From IMG/VR virus record IMGVR_UViG_3300031652_000001: a stretch of DNA of 64,000 nucleotides; one strand, written 5' to 3'. Below are positions 1 to 9,563 of this stretch, in pieces. The position numbers were made by a program, and so were the translations under genes. Source of the stretch: a virus. The notes beneath the pieces are model-generated. The model saw nothing but the letters and a program-made list of their open reading frames with translations, was not told the DNA's origin and searched no databases. Positions within the stretch are counted from its first letter, which is position 1; the number at the start of each line of letters is the position of its first letter.

Positions 1-121
1 CACCAAGTGTCGTGAAAATAATGTCATCAATTGCCTGATTTATAACATCCTCATCATACTCAAACCGTGGAACACCGCTCTTCCATGGCCAAGAAACACC
101 TACAAGACCGCTTATAGCCAT
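1..121 (-). CDS. Baseplate wedge protein, gp25/GPW-like (5' part only; runs off the window)
   Basis: Manual translation MAISGLVGVSWPWKSGVPRFEYDEDVINQAIDDIIFTTLG matches the gp25 I..I..T..GE pattern; GGAGG RBS; follows the spike genes. Confidence 0.7.
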   Translation of the reverse strand, partial: MAISGLVGVSWPWKSGVPRFEYDEDVINQAIDDIIFTTLG

Positions 122-130
122 TCTATCCTC

Positions 131-634
131 CTATAATACCAATGCCGGTGGTGGTGGACCAGCTGGTGGTGGTGGTGTCGAATACGTAACCAGTACCGTT
201 TTTGTTGCCAAATCCAACTGTGTCGCTATCAACTGACCAATCTCTTCTTCGGTATTTCCAGTATTCGATAATGCCGCTCCCAACGGAGCAACTATCGCCA
301 TTGCACCAGAAACAAGAGTAACAACACCGCTAGCTGGCCCAGCAGAAAACATAACAGGTGGCAACATCCAATATGCCTGGACAGCACTTCCGAATGCCGC
401 AGCAACAATATTAGGATCACCAGCATCCGGAGATGATAATGTCGGTGCAATAGTGCTTTCAAAATTCATCTTCTCAACACCGGTAAAGATAGGCAATCCA
501 GGAGCCGCAACAGCCCCCTTACAATACTTGTCATATTCCTTAGCAATCTTCAATGCTGCATCAGCACCACTACTCGGTTGGTCCCTGAAGACCTTTGCGA
601 GCCCTGTCGCCAATGTAGCCATAACCAAAGGCAT
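131..634 (-). CDS. Hypothetical baseplate-region protein (167 aa)
   Basis: Start moved to MPLVMATL (ATG at 634, AGGGGG RBS); the upstream part of ORF 131..949 overlaps the Pro-rich gene. Confidence 0.7.
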   Translation of the reverse strand: MPLVMATLATGLAKVFRDQPSSGADAALKIAKEYDKYCKGAVAAPGLPIFTGVEKMNFESTIAPTLSSPDAGDPNIVAAAFGSAVQAYWMLPPVMFSAGPASGVVTLVSGAMAIVAPLGAALSNTGNTEEEIGQLIATQLDLATKTVLVTYSTPPPPAGPPPPALVL

Positions 635-644
635 AATATACCCC

Positions 645-1022
645 CTAACTATCCAAAGGGCACTCAGGCCCATCTGGGAACTCTGGTAGCACCGGGGTTG
701 CCAGTGCAGAAGGCAAAGCAGGTATACCAGGTAATGAAATAGAAGGTGGAAACGTTGGTACAGAAGCCCCTTCAATATCAAAATAAGGTGCCTCTGGAAA
801 CTCAGGTGGACTCGGCGCCATAGGTGTACTCGGTAAAGCCGGAACACTTGGTAGTGACACAGGAGGTGGAAAGGTCGGTGTAGATGCCCCTTCAACATCA
901 AAAGATGGTGCCTCTGGGAATTCAGGTAGACTCGGATCTGCCGATGCACTCGGTAAAGCCGGAATACTTGGTAGTGACACAGGAGGTGGAAAACTAACGC
1001 CAGAACATTTTGAAGCCATCAC
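645..1022 (-). CDS. Proline-rich protein with three 40-aa repeats
   Basis: FPPPVSLPSIPALPS...PEFPEAPSFDVEGAS unit repeated at a 120-bp period; coupled to the spike gene stop. Confidence 0.75.
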   Translation of the reverse strand: MMASKCSGVSFPPPVSLPSIPALPSASADPSLPEFPEAPSFDVEGASTPTFPPPVSLPSVPALPSTPMAPSPPEFPEAPYFDIEGASVPTFPPSISLPGIPALPSALATPVLPEFPDGPECPLDS

Positions 1023-1978
1023 GGCACCTTCGCCTTATCAGTCAAAACATCCGTCTGGACAGGGTTTTGTAAAGGAGGTGGCATCAGTGGACCACTTGGT
1101 CCAACACCGGTCCCATGAATATGAGCAAGATAATGAGGAATGAAAGTCCCTATAAACCATTGATACCAAGCAGTCCCACGAACAACATGTTGCTGAGCAT
1201 TGTCGCCAATAATAACAGATCCAGTCTTTAGGTTTACAGCCTGACTGTTCACAATGACATCTTTGTTTCCGATTACTTGAACAACATCCTCTTTCATCTC
1301 AACAACATTACCTGTTGCATCAACAATTTTTGTTCCATTTTTATCCTGGATGATAGAGTTCCCTCTCGAATCAACAAGCATGTTCAGATCTGCATCATCC
1401 TCAGTTGCACGCATCTCAAAAACAGCCCCTTTATGATTCGAAACCTGAACAGAACCATCCTTATTGATGGTAAAGAATGTGAACTTATCATCAGCAGGAT
1501 GATGCCAAATGAACTTGCAATTCAAGTTATCCGGATCATCAGAAAAGCTCAGCTCATGACCTGCTTTTGTCCGAATCATCCGAACATATGGCACCCCATT
1601 AACATACACACCTGTTGGCGTATAATTATTCGTACCTTTCACGTTTGGCCATGATGCTCCGGTGTACATGGGATAAGAAGGTCTACCGTTTCTAAAAGTG
1701 ACACAAACAGGATCCCCAGCATCAGGAACCATAACCGTCCCACTATCCTTTCCTGACCACATAAACCTTGGCCAAGCCCAAGTACCTATTTCCTTGTTAC
1801 CGGCAACTGGTGGACACGTGAGCTTGATTCTACATTGTTCTTCAGGGTCTTTATTGTTCACACAAACCCCATCATACTCTCCATAGTAAAGACCAAACCA
1901 CTCCAAACCATACTTCATGAGGTTAGAAAAAAATCTCTGAAAAAGGCTATCCATATCATTGTTCCTTTGGAATAACAT
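1019..1978 (-). CDS. Baseplate central spike, gp5/gpV/VgrG-like (likely start at 1954)
   Basis: OB-fold motif YYG..G.C.NNKDP....RIK....WAWP...VPD.GD.V.V.F..G.P..P; beta-repeat region; C-terminal HIH metal-binding tip. Confidence 0.85.
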   Translation of the reverse strand: MLFQRNNDMDSLFQRFFSNLMKYGLEWFGLYYGEYDGVCVNNKDPEEQCRIKLTCPPVAGNKEIGTWAWPRFMWSGKDSGTVMVPDAGDPVCVTFRNGRPSYPMYTGASWPNVKGTNNYTPTGVYVNGVPYVRMIRTKAGHELSFSDDPDNLNCKFIWHHPADDKFTFFTINKDGSVQVSNHKGAVFEMRATEDDADLNMLVDSRGNSIIQDKNGTKIVDATGNVVEMKEDVVQVIGNKDVIVNSQAVNLKTGSVIIGDNAQQHVVRGTAWYQWFIGTFIPHYLAHIHGTGVGPSGPLMPPPLQNPVQTDVLTDKAKVP

Positions 1979-3320
1979 TACTGTCTGTCAATGACGTAAT
2001 ATCCCCTTCAGAAGGTTCTTGTGATTTTTTTACATCAGACGCCATCGCATCAACCGAAGCATTTATAGCTGGAAAACCCCTTCCAAAACATTCACAATCC
2101 ATTTTTGCTTGACCAGAACCAATATCCAAAACAATCTGGTTTATCATGTAGACACTCGAAAAATAATCACCAACGCCAATGAGACGAACAAACATTCCAG
2201 GTAATAAATTTGGAATAGCAATAGCCGAAAAATTTGCTGTAATACCATGATCCTCAGCAGCAGCATTATTCACAGCTTCTATCTGACCTTTTATAAATGA
2301 CTCTGTTTCTTCACCATTCAAAGGCATCGTGAAATGCCTACTCGACTCCTCTATACTTGTATCAACAGCAACTGTAGCCTTGACCTTTACATCCCCCATA
2401 TCTTTCGGAATATTCCCATCAGTCGTTGGTGTTGATGCTGTCTTATCAGACGAAAAAGAATTTTCTGTAGAATCAGCATCAGAAACTCTCGAAACTTCAA
2501 CCGCCTCCTCAGGATCACTATTTGGACCATATGGAATACTCGTCGTGCCCTGAAAGTTCCTCAAAAACATTGCCCCCATTGACTGGCTCGAAAATGACTC
2601 CATAGGAAGCATATTATTCCAAATATCAATCTTTCCATAGATCTGAAAAGTAGCGTTCACATCAGGATATTCAGGTAGAGGTGCTGTAGAATCGATGATT
2701 ATCATTTTATTGTTCTGAATAATCATTCTGGCGCCACGCCGTTCAACTTCATACATCAAAAACTGAAGATCTGTTCTACCACCTTGAACAAATGAAGACT
2801 CCTCAGTCCCAAACATCTCTCGACCATGTTCACTTGTTACCGCGTATTCTACGTCGAACCCATACCTATCAGCAATCTCAACAATAATTGACAACAAGGT
2901 TCTTGGTGATTCCGTAGACGCCCAGTCTCTACATTTCGCAACCCTATCCATATTCCAAGCAAGAGTTGTCGCCTCGATTGAAACAGTTATTTCTTCTCCA
3001 TACGAAACATCAGGTTGTTGCATAAAACCATAGTTCCAGTCAGAAACCATTCCATCCATATCAGAATATCCCCATCGAACACCAACCGTATTCCCAAGTC
3101 TCAACCATTCATTATCCTTTGACGTCAACGCAATCGCATCTTTATATGGTGGAGTAAGAATAATACTCATGTTCATGTTGACATTCCGAACAAGAGTGAT
3201 TTTCAAACTCTTAAGAAAAGGAAGATTCGTGTTACCATCACCAAGTAGGGACAAAGACACTGTCCTACCCGTTTTTGGATTCGATATTTTCCCATCAATA
3301 AAGATGCTTCGAAAAGCCAC
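1956..3320 (-). CDS. Baseplate hub protein (gp27/late control D-like)
   Basis: Lies between LysM and spike genes; VRWGY, Q..RTDLQFL and P.L.PG..V.L.GVG..FS..Y motifs. Confidence 0.7.
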   Translation of the reverse strand: MAFRSIFIDGKISNPKTGRTVSLSLLGDGNTNLPFLKSLKITLVRNVNMNMSIILTPPYKDAIALTSKDNEWLRLGNTVGVRWGYSDMDGMVSDWNYGFMQQPDVSYGEEITVSIEATTLAWNMDRVAKCRDWASTESPRTLLSIIVEIADRYGFDVEYAVTSEHGREMFGTEESSFVQGGRTDLQFLMYEVERRGARMIIQNNKMIIIDSTAPLPEYPDVNATFQIYGKIDIWNNMLPMESFSSQSMGAMFLRNFQGTTSIPYGPNSDPEEAVEVSRVSDADSTENSFSSDKTASTPTTDGNIPKDMGDVKVKATVAVDTSIEESSRHFTMPLNGEETESFIKGQIEAVNNAAAEDHGITANFSAIAIPNLLPGMFVRLIGVGDYFSSVYMINQIVLDIGSGQAKMDCECFGRGFPAINASVDAMASDVKKSQEPSEGDITSLTDSNVIPKEQ

Positions 3321-3622
3321 TAAAAAAGCTCCTTCCTTACCTGTGTCGGATCACTGATTATTAAAGTGGTCCCAACATGAACATCTTCTTCCATCTGTTT
3401 CATGTTGTTGCGATGAGCAATTACCCAATTCCTTCCATCCTGCTTATAGTATTTCTTGGCTATCGTATCCAATCTATCACCAACCTGAACACGATGTTCC
3501 TTATCTCCAGTACTTGGAGTCAAATCAGGAATATTCGGTCGTGTCCAAAACTCTATCCCGTCTATCATTACCAACTCAGCATGAATTAATCTCGAACTGC
3601 CTCTTTTTATTCTAACTGACAT
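3320..3622 (-). CDS. LysM-domain baseplate/tail protein
   Basis: HRVQVGDRLDTIAKKYY.....W.IAHRN LysM pattern; follows the tape measure gene. Confidence 0.8.
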   Translation of the reverse strand: MSVRIKRGSSRLIHAELVMIDGIEFWTRPNIPDLTPSTGDKEHRVQVGDRLDTIAKKYYKQDGRNWVIAHRNNMKQMEEDVHVGTTLIISDPTQVRKELF

Positions 3623-6600
3623 TTACATCCCCTTCGCACTCTTGCGATTATATCGTTCAACGCCCTCTCCAACTTTCCTTCCATCCATGACCGAAGTCAC
3701 ACGAACATCTATCGGACGCTTATTGCTATCTGCCATCGCAGAAGTAGCAGCCGCTACAGCAGTTGTGAGCTGAGCAATTTGCTTTCTGTTCTCCTCAAGG
3801 ATCTTACTGACCTCACCAGAAGACATCGCCATATCCGCTCTCTCCAGGTTACTTATCACGGAAGAAGCTTTTTTATTCTCTTCTTTTTTGCCACGTATTG
3901 TGTCCTCGATTTCATCTTTCCTTCGACGTTTCTTTTTCTTCTTCTTTTTATTTTCCTCTTCACCATCAATAACCTTAAAGTTTTTACGCCTCTCTTCAGC
4001 TGCCATATTAGACCTTGCCATCATGGCCTTATCAGCATTCCTTTGCGCCTCTTTTGCCCTCTCATCAGCATATTGATTCATCTGATCCAATGTGTCATTA
4101 AAGTCTTTGGCAATGACATCAGAACTGGTCTTCCTCTTCCTCTCTTCAACTGACTTCATGAACACATCGTGTTCTTTGTCGATTTGCTCCTGATCGCGAG
4201 CAATCTCTTTTCTCTTCTCATTGTATGAATCGCTGATTCTCTGCTGTCTTTTATCCTCATTTTTCCAATAGGCAGTGTTAAAATCTTTTTCATCACCAAG
4301 GTATTTGTCTTGTTCTTTACGCATTCCCTTGGCCATCATCTGCATACCTGAAACAGTATCTTCACCAAGGACTTTTTTGAGGGTATCCGTTATCAAACTA
4401 CTTTCGCCGGGTTTTCCAAATATCGTCTCAACAATATCCGCCATCCACCCTTTAAGTTTGAATGATAGCCACTCAAACGGATACATCAGCTTTCCGCTCA
4501 ACCCAGCAAACTGTTTATGAATAGCTTCAACCACAGAATAGAAAACACTTACAGCATCATTCTTAAACGTCTTGAAACCATGAACAGCACTAGCAATGAA
4601 CCCCTCAGCTCTTGCTGATATATTATCGTAAACGTTTTCAACAGTTCTACCAAAGAACTTGAAAAACTCGACAACATTATTGATGCCTGCCTCAAATGAC
4701 CCAACCATATGATGATAAAAACCAGTAACATCATCCTGTGATATGCCCAACGCACTGCCAATCATACTCGGCAAACCCATGAACATTCCATCTACCGTAT
4801 TTGTAACACCAAGGAATGACTCTTCGGTTTTTAACAAATACTTCTCTTCTTCGCTCAAGATATTCGACATAGAAATCTTGGCAATGTTCTCAGATCTCTC
4901 AGATAGCTGCTGTATCCCCTCAAACAGCCCACCCATTGCCATCATACCAGCAAAGCCACCAACGCCTTCGAGCATACTCTTGGCGCCACCTAAACCCCTT
5001 TTGATGCCGCCCTTGAGTTTTGCACCACCACGCTTTGCCTTACCACGTACTCGACCGAAGAAACCCTTGCGCTTACCGGCTTCAAGACCACCCTTTGGAA
5101 CAGCTCCAGCCGGTCCCATTACCATCTCAAGATCGTCCATGCCTTTCGGAATCATCACACCAGTAGAGAGCCCCCTCATCGCCCCCAACTGTTTCCTGTA
5201 AGCGTTCCCACCAGCTCTACCAAGCTTCGGTACAGGAGGAGGCTTAATACCCCTTCTGCCCCATCTGAAGTTCTCTGGAGGAGGCTGTGGAACCCTCGGA
5301 CTCATCTGACGATTCATCACATCTTTATCCGGCCCAAGACCAGGCATCATACAGGCCAGACCAGATCCGTAGACATCAGCAATACCACTTCCCGGTCCTT
5401 TTCCACCACGCTTAGGAAAACCCTTCTTCATAAATGACCACAAGCCACTACCCATTTTCCGTCTGAATTTCTTCGACAAAATCATGAGTGCAGCAAATCC
5501 ACCTGTAGACACCTTCAGAATATTCTCAAATGTATTTTTAAGAGAATCTGGGTCGAATATCGAGTCCCACAAACCCTTTGCTGAGCCTTTCGCAATTTCC
5601 CAAAGCACATTCATGGCACCAGTTACTGCACTGGACAAAATGCCCGTAGCAACATCACCAGCTTCCTTTTTACTATCCTCACCACCGAAGAATGCATTCC
5701 ATATTCCAGCACCAACAGCCTGCACCCCTTTACCAAACCATTCTACCGCTGTTCGAGCTATCTTCTCCCATGGTATCTCCTTAATCTTCTCACCAGCAAA
5801 ATCCGAGAAATCAGAGATCTTTTCCCACGCTTTATCCCACAGATCTTGCCACGGAACCTTCAAGATATTTTTCTTGAAGGTCTCAAATAGACCAATATTC
5901 TCAATATCATCATTCAAATCTGTGATGAATTTTCGAATACCGGCATTCTTCTTTCCGGTAAAAATCTTTGTCGTTGCAATCTCTACAAAAGAATCTTTCA
6001 TCTGGTCGAATTTATCAAAGACAGCATCAGGACCTTCAGTAAGCGTTTTAAACAATAAATACGCACCACCACCTACACCAGCAAGCTTACCAAGATCAGA
6101 AAAACGAACACCCATTGATCCAAGTGCTGTCAGCATCGGAAGAGCTTCAGTGGTTATTCCACCAATCATAGGACCAAGGGCTCCAAGGCTCGGAAGAAAA
6201 GCTGAAAACCCAACACGCTGGACAGCCAACAATTTTCTCGTCAGCTCACCGAGTGGTCCCTTGTCGTCAGCAAAAGCTTTCACAGTAGCAAAAGAATCTT
6301 TAAAACCACTTCTCATATTCTTTTGCCAATTTCGGATCTCTTTATTGCTCAACTTGAAGACTTTCGCCTTCATATTGTTTACCATCATCTCCCAAGCATC
6401 ACCGGCCGTTAAACTCGATTTCCAATGCTCTTTTGCAATATCACGCATCGTACCGCGTGACCCTTCAAGGACCTGAGGTATCCTCGCCATTGTCTCAGAT
6501 ACTTGATCCCAGTTCCCCTGGACGGCAAACGATACATCAGGACCAAGAGTATTGTTGATGACCGCATTTAATCGCTGGAATGCAATGCCGGTTTGCCCCC

Positions 6601-7624
6601 CCCTCTTCTCAGCCTCTTTTCCAAGCTCACGAAGCATATCCATGAACTTCAGAGGATCTCCCTCTATCATCTGCTTGAAAAGGCTCTCAACATCATCACC
6701 GGCCTCCATCATTCCTTTGGCCATCTCACCGAATTCACCGCCCATCCCCCTGGCCATGTTGATGATATTTTTCCTCTCAGCCGCTAATGTTGAAAACGAC
6801 TGTGTTGCCAACTCCATCGCTTCAGCTGGATCAATACCAAGAGCCTGCTTGAATCCACCTCCCAACTGGACCAGCGATGTTGTGAGCTTATCCAATTTGT
6901 CTGGAGTTATCTCCTGACCAAAATCAGCGAGCTCCTTATTTAACACCTGCATTATATTGGGCCAAGACTGTATCGCCTCACGCCCCATATTGAACTCTCT
7001 ACCAACAGCAACAATCTTGTCCCCAAGACCTCCAATTGCTTCTTCCGTTAGACCATATGAATTTTTTAGACTGGCAGCGATGTTTGCCCACTGACGTCCT
7101 TCCAGACCAAAGACAGAAGTCACTTTGATCATGCCCTGCATCGTCTTGGTCAACCCTTGAGTCCCGAGCACCTTATCTAACTCAATACCCCTCTGCTCAA
7201 AAGCCAGCCAGTTCTGAGCAGCTTGATTCATATCTTCCCCCATCCCTTGAGCGATTCCACCAATCCTCTTTCTCGACCGGGTGAGGTCACCTTCTGTCTC
7301 TTTCATGCCAGCTGTCAACGCCGAGAATTCTTTGTTGAAACCAGCATACATCGAGGCATATGCCGAATCCAATTGAGGATCCATGGCCTTGTCTATCAAT
7401 GCACCAACAGCTGTGCTCATCATCCCAACTGATTTAGCACTAGAGGCCCCGAGCCTACGAAAACCACGGGTCATACTGGCCCCAACTCTTGGAACAGCAC
7501 TTCCTACCCGCTTCAGAGTTCCCCACAAATCAGTAAATGATGACGCAAGGTTGTCTACATTTTTTGTTGAATCATTGTCTTCTACCTCGAAGCCGACACC
7601 AAGACCATCAAAATTATTTGCCAT
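3623..7624 (-). CDS. Tail tape measure protein
   Basis: 1333 aa, helical, Ala/Gly-rich; lies between chaperone and baseplate genes. Confidence 0.85.
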   Translation of the reverse strand: MANNFDGLGVGFEVEDNDSTKNVDNLASSFTDLWGTLKRVGSAVPRVGASMTRGFRRLGASSAKSVGMMSTAVGALIDKAMDPQLDSAYASMYAGFNKEFSALTAGMKETEGDLTRSRKRIGGIAQGMGEDMNQAAQNWLAFEQRGIELDKVLGTQGLTKTMQGMIKVTSVFGLEGRQWANIAASLKNSYGLTEEAIGGLGDKIVAVGREFNMGREAIQSWPNIMQVLNKELADFGQEITPDKLDKLTTSLVQLGGGFKQALGIDPAEAMELATQSFSTLAAERKNIINMARGMGGEFGEMAKGMMEAGDDVESLFKQMIEGDPLKFMDMLRELGKEAEKRGGQTGIAFQRLNAVINNTLGPDVSFAVQGNWDQVSETMARIPQVLEGSRGTMRDIAKEHWKSSLTAGDAWEMMVNNMKAKVFKLSNKEIRNWQKNMRSGFKDSFATVKAFADDKGPLGELTRKLLAVQRVGFSAFLPSLGALGPMIGGITTEALPMLTALGSMGVRFSDLGKLAGVGGGAYLLFKTLTEGPDAVFDKFDQMKDSFVEIATTKIFTGKKNAGIRKFITDLNDDIENIGLFETFKKNILKVPWQDLWDKAWEKISDFSDFAGEKIKEIPWEKIARTAVEWFGKGVQAVGAGIWNAFFGGEDSKKEAGDVATGILSSAVTGAMNVLWEIAKGSAKGLWDSIFDPDSLKNTFENILKVSTGGFAALMILSKKFRRKMGSGLWSFMKKGFPKRGGKGPGSGIADVYGSGLACMMPGLGPDKDVMNRQMSPRVPQPPPENFRWGRRGIKPPPVPKLGRAGGNAYRKQLGAMRGLSTGVMIPKGMDDLEMVMGPAGAVPKGGLEAGKRKGFFGRVRGKAKRGGAKLKGGIKRGLGGAKSMLEGVGGFAGMMAMGGLFEGIQQLSERSENIAKISMSNILSEEEKYLLKTEESFLGVTNTVDGMFMGLPSMIGSALGISQDDVTGFYHHMVGSFEAGINNVVEFFKFFGRTVENVYDNISARAEGFIASAVHGFKTFKNDAVSVFYSVVEAIHKQFAGLSGKLMYPFEWLSFKLKGWMADIVETIFGKPGESSLITDTLKKVLGEDTVSGMQMMAKGMRKEQDKYLGDEKDFNTAYWKNEDKRQQRISDSYNEKRKEIARDQEQIDKEHDVFMKSVEERKRKTSSDVIAKDFNDTLDQMNQYADERAKEAQRNADKAMMARSNMAAEERRKNFKVIDGEEENKKKKKKKRRRKDEIEDTIRGKKEENKKASSVISNLERADMAMSSGEVSKILEENRKQIAQLTTAVAAATSAMADSNKRPIDVRVTSVMDGRKVGEGVERYNRKSAKGM

Positions 7625-7625
7625 G

Positions 7626-7985
7626 TCAAAGCTCCTCTGCTCCGAGACGTCGAAGTATCAACCAAACAAGACTGTTGAATCCAAGCTGCAAAAAAGCAAA
7701 ACCAACTGTCTCAGCAATTTGACCAAAGGTAATCATCTCTTTCACTATAGGATTACCGTTAAAACAGTACAAGAAAACACCAACCCAGAAACCAAGACAG
7801 GCATGACACCTAACAAGACGTCCAAAAAAACCAACCCTAAATTTGACTTCTTTACAGATTATTATCCGATAAAATGTTTTGTCATCAACACCGGAAATAA
7901 ACTTTCTGAACCAGTGAAAAATATGAAGATACGCAATTGAATGCGATATTGAGAACCCGACGCAAAGAATAAAAAAAATAGACAT
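7626..7985 (-). CDS. Membrane protein, DUF1360-like
   Basis: Three hydrophobic segments; L..C.AC.GFWVG motif. Confidence 0.6.
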   Translation of the reverse strand: MSIFFILCVGFSISHSIAYLHIFHWFRKFISGVDDKTFYRIIICKEVKFRVGFFGRLVRCHACLGFWVGVFLYCFNGNPIVKEMITFGQIAETVGFAFLQLGFNSLVWLILRRLGAEEL

Positions 7986-8036
7986 TCAACAACCATCCTT
8001 ACAGTGTCTTACTCTTGGAAGCATCCACCGGCGCAT
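7986..8036 (-). CDS. 16-aa peptide MRRWMLPRVRHCKDGC
   Basis: AAGGAGGT SD 5 nt before the ATG; its TGA abuts the ATG of the next gene in frame. Confidence 0.5.
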   Translation of the reverse strand: MRRWMLPRVRHCKDGC

Positions 8037-8095
8037 ATCGTACCTCCTTTCTCAAAAAACCCCATCTCCCAACCACCTCTTTCTACCCCGGACAT

Positions 8096-8278
8096 TTAAA
8101 ACAATCCAAAAGGATTGCGCTGTAACATCTTCTTTAAGAAATCTGCATGGTACTCAACAAGCCTGTATCTCCTAGACGATGGCATTCTATAGAGGTCCCC
8201 ATAATTCATACCACGTGAACTCATGAGGAAATTAATTTCATCCTCTAATCTTCCAACGTCTCCGAAGGGACGAAAAAA
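8096..8278 (-). CDS. -1 frameshift extension of the tail assembly chaperone (GT-like)
   Basis: Open 61-codon -1 frame from slippery T TTT TTC (8272-8278): RPFGDVGRLEDEINFLMSSRGMNYGDLYRMPSSRRYRLVEYHADFLKKMLQRNPFGLF*. Confidence 0.7.
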   Translation of the reverse strand, partial: FFRPFGDVGRLEDEINFLMSSRGMNYGDLYRMPSSRRYRLVEYHADFLKKMLQRNPFGLF

Positions 8279-9057
8279 CTGAAGCCTGCCATTTCCAGCT
8301 CATTCTTGAAGACATGACCACAATTTTTGCACTCAGCTTCAACCGTCGTATCTATGCCACCCTCTTGCTCGACCATATAGTCACGGATCTCTTTACGATC
8401 CATCATGCCGAGACTTCTCAAATTATCGGATGTTGCAGGTTCACCATTTACCGTAACAACACGCATCATTAGAGCCGCAGTTGCCCTTTCCTTCGTAGTT
8501 GCATTTGACTCAAACTTCAACCTGGCCTCACCATTCATGTATTTCCACGTAATATGAGTACCTTTTTTAGAGGTATATTCGTGGACATCCTTCGTAGGAT
8601 TTTGCTTGCATTTCTTGACAGGAAAATCATTGAAAAGATCAAACCTTGCCGTCCAAGAATATGGCCTACCATTACCGGCATCACACTTCGGATATGGACA
8701 AGTGACCAACTGGCGATATTCTGTTCCAACAGAAATAATCCGAATATAGAACAAGCATGCCGTCAAATCACCGATAGCGAATTTTCTGACAAGCTTCGAA
8801 ATTCTTTTTGGGTCATCCATTACATTGCCTTCCTCATCGGATAGGCTCTCCGTGCAACCGGCAACCACATCAAGCATCCTTGCTGTGAACCCCATTTTGT
8901 CGTTTGCAATCACATCTTCCTCAGCACCTGAAATCTCTTTCAGTTTAATTTTATTTAGAAGATGTACTCCCCCTTTTGCATCCCTAATTAAAACCCCCGT
9001 TGGCAAAATAAATTCACCGCTCGGGACCTTCGGATCTTCCAACGTAGTAATAGTCAT
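8245..9057 (-). CDS. Tail assembly chaperone / baseplate hub assembly protein (T4 gp26-like)
   Basis: EEDVI, GDL...LFYIRIIS.G, CxxC pairs, C-terminal FF; upstream of the tape measure gene. Confidence 0.75.
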   Translation of the reverse strand: MTITTLEDPKVPSGEFILPTGVLIRDAKGGVHLLNKIKLKEISGAEEDVIANDKMGFTARMLDVVAGCTESLSDEEGNVMDDPKRISKLVRKFAIGDLTACLFYIRIISVGTEYRQLVTCPYPKCDAGNGRPYSWTARFDLFNDFPVKKCKQNPTKDVHEYTSKKGTHITWKYMNGEARLKFESNATTKERATAALMMRVVTVNGEPATSDNLRSLGMMDRKEIRDYMVEQEGGIDTTVEAECKNCGHVFKNELEMAGFSFFVPSETLED

Positions 9058-9260
9058 TTCTTTTCTCCTGACTCTGTTTCCGTACCTTGTCCAGTGTCCC
9101 TAAGAAACGAACCAAGCACTTGACGTATGAGGTCCGTAACGGTCCGACCATCATATTCAGCAAGCATTTTTAGCTCTTTATAATGGCTCATTGGTATCCG
9201 AAGCTGAAGCCTCTTCATGTCATGTTCTGATGTTCCCTTGGGTGTCTCATCTGTGCCCAT
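9054..9260 (-). CDS. Ribbon-helix-helix DNA-binding protein
   Basis: KRLQLRIP..HY.EL..LA...GRTVTDLIR; start MGTDE with AGGAGG RBS. Confidence 0.7.
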   Translation of the reverse strand: MGTDETPKGTSEHDMKRLQLRIPMSHYKELKMLAEYDGRTVTDLIRQVLGSFLRDTGQGTETESGEKK

Positions 9261-9344
9261 AATATGCCTCCTTTGTGCACAAGAACAGCTTAATGTACAC
9301 ATACTGAGCAATTCAACTTGTCGCATAGTAAAAAAACGTTTTTT

Positions 9345-9563
9345 TTACATCAACCCACGCAACAAACTGTTTTTATCCCTTTTTCTTTTCTTCTTTGGTG
9401 GTTTGAGTTTTCTCGAACCGATTCGCTCAGAAGCCTTTGACAAAACATCAATCGAAAGAGCCCTCGCTCGACGTCTTCTCACAACAGCAAACGGCTTCAC
9501 TATCGAAGGAACATCTGAAGAAGTAGTAAGCTCCGAAAGATATCCTCTTTTCCTTAGACTCAT
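9345..9563 (-). CDS. Small basic protein with LRKRGYLSE leader
   Basis: Coupled to the tube gene stop; shares a leader motif with other small ORFs. Confidence 0.55.
   Translation of the reverse strand: MSLRKRGYLSELTTSSDVPSIVKPFAVVRRRRARALSIDVLSKASERIGSRKLKPPKKKRKRDKNSLLRGLM

Noticed and set aside
635-949. N-terminal extension of ORF 131..949
   Set aside because: Alternative frame of the Pro-rich repeat gene; a good RBS exists at ATG 634
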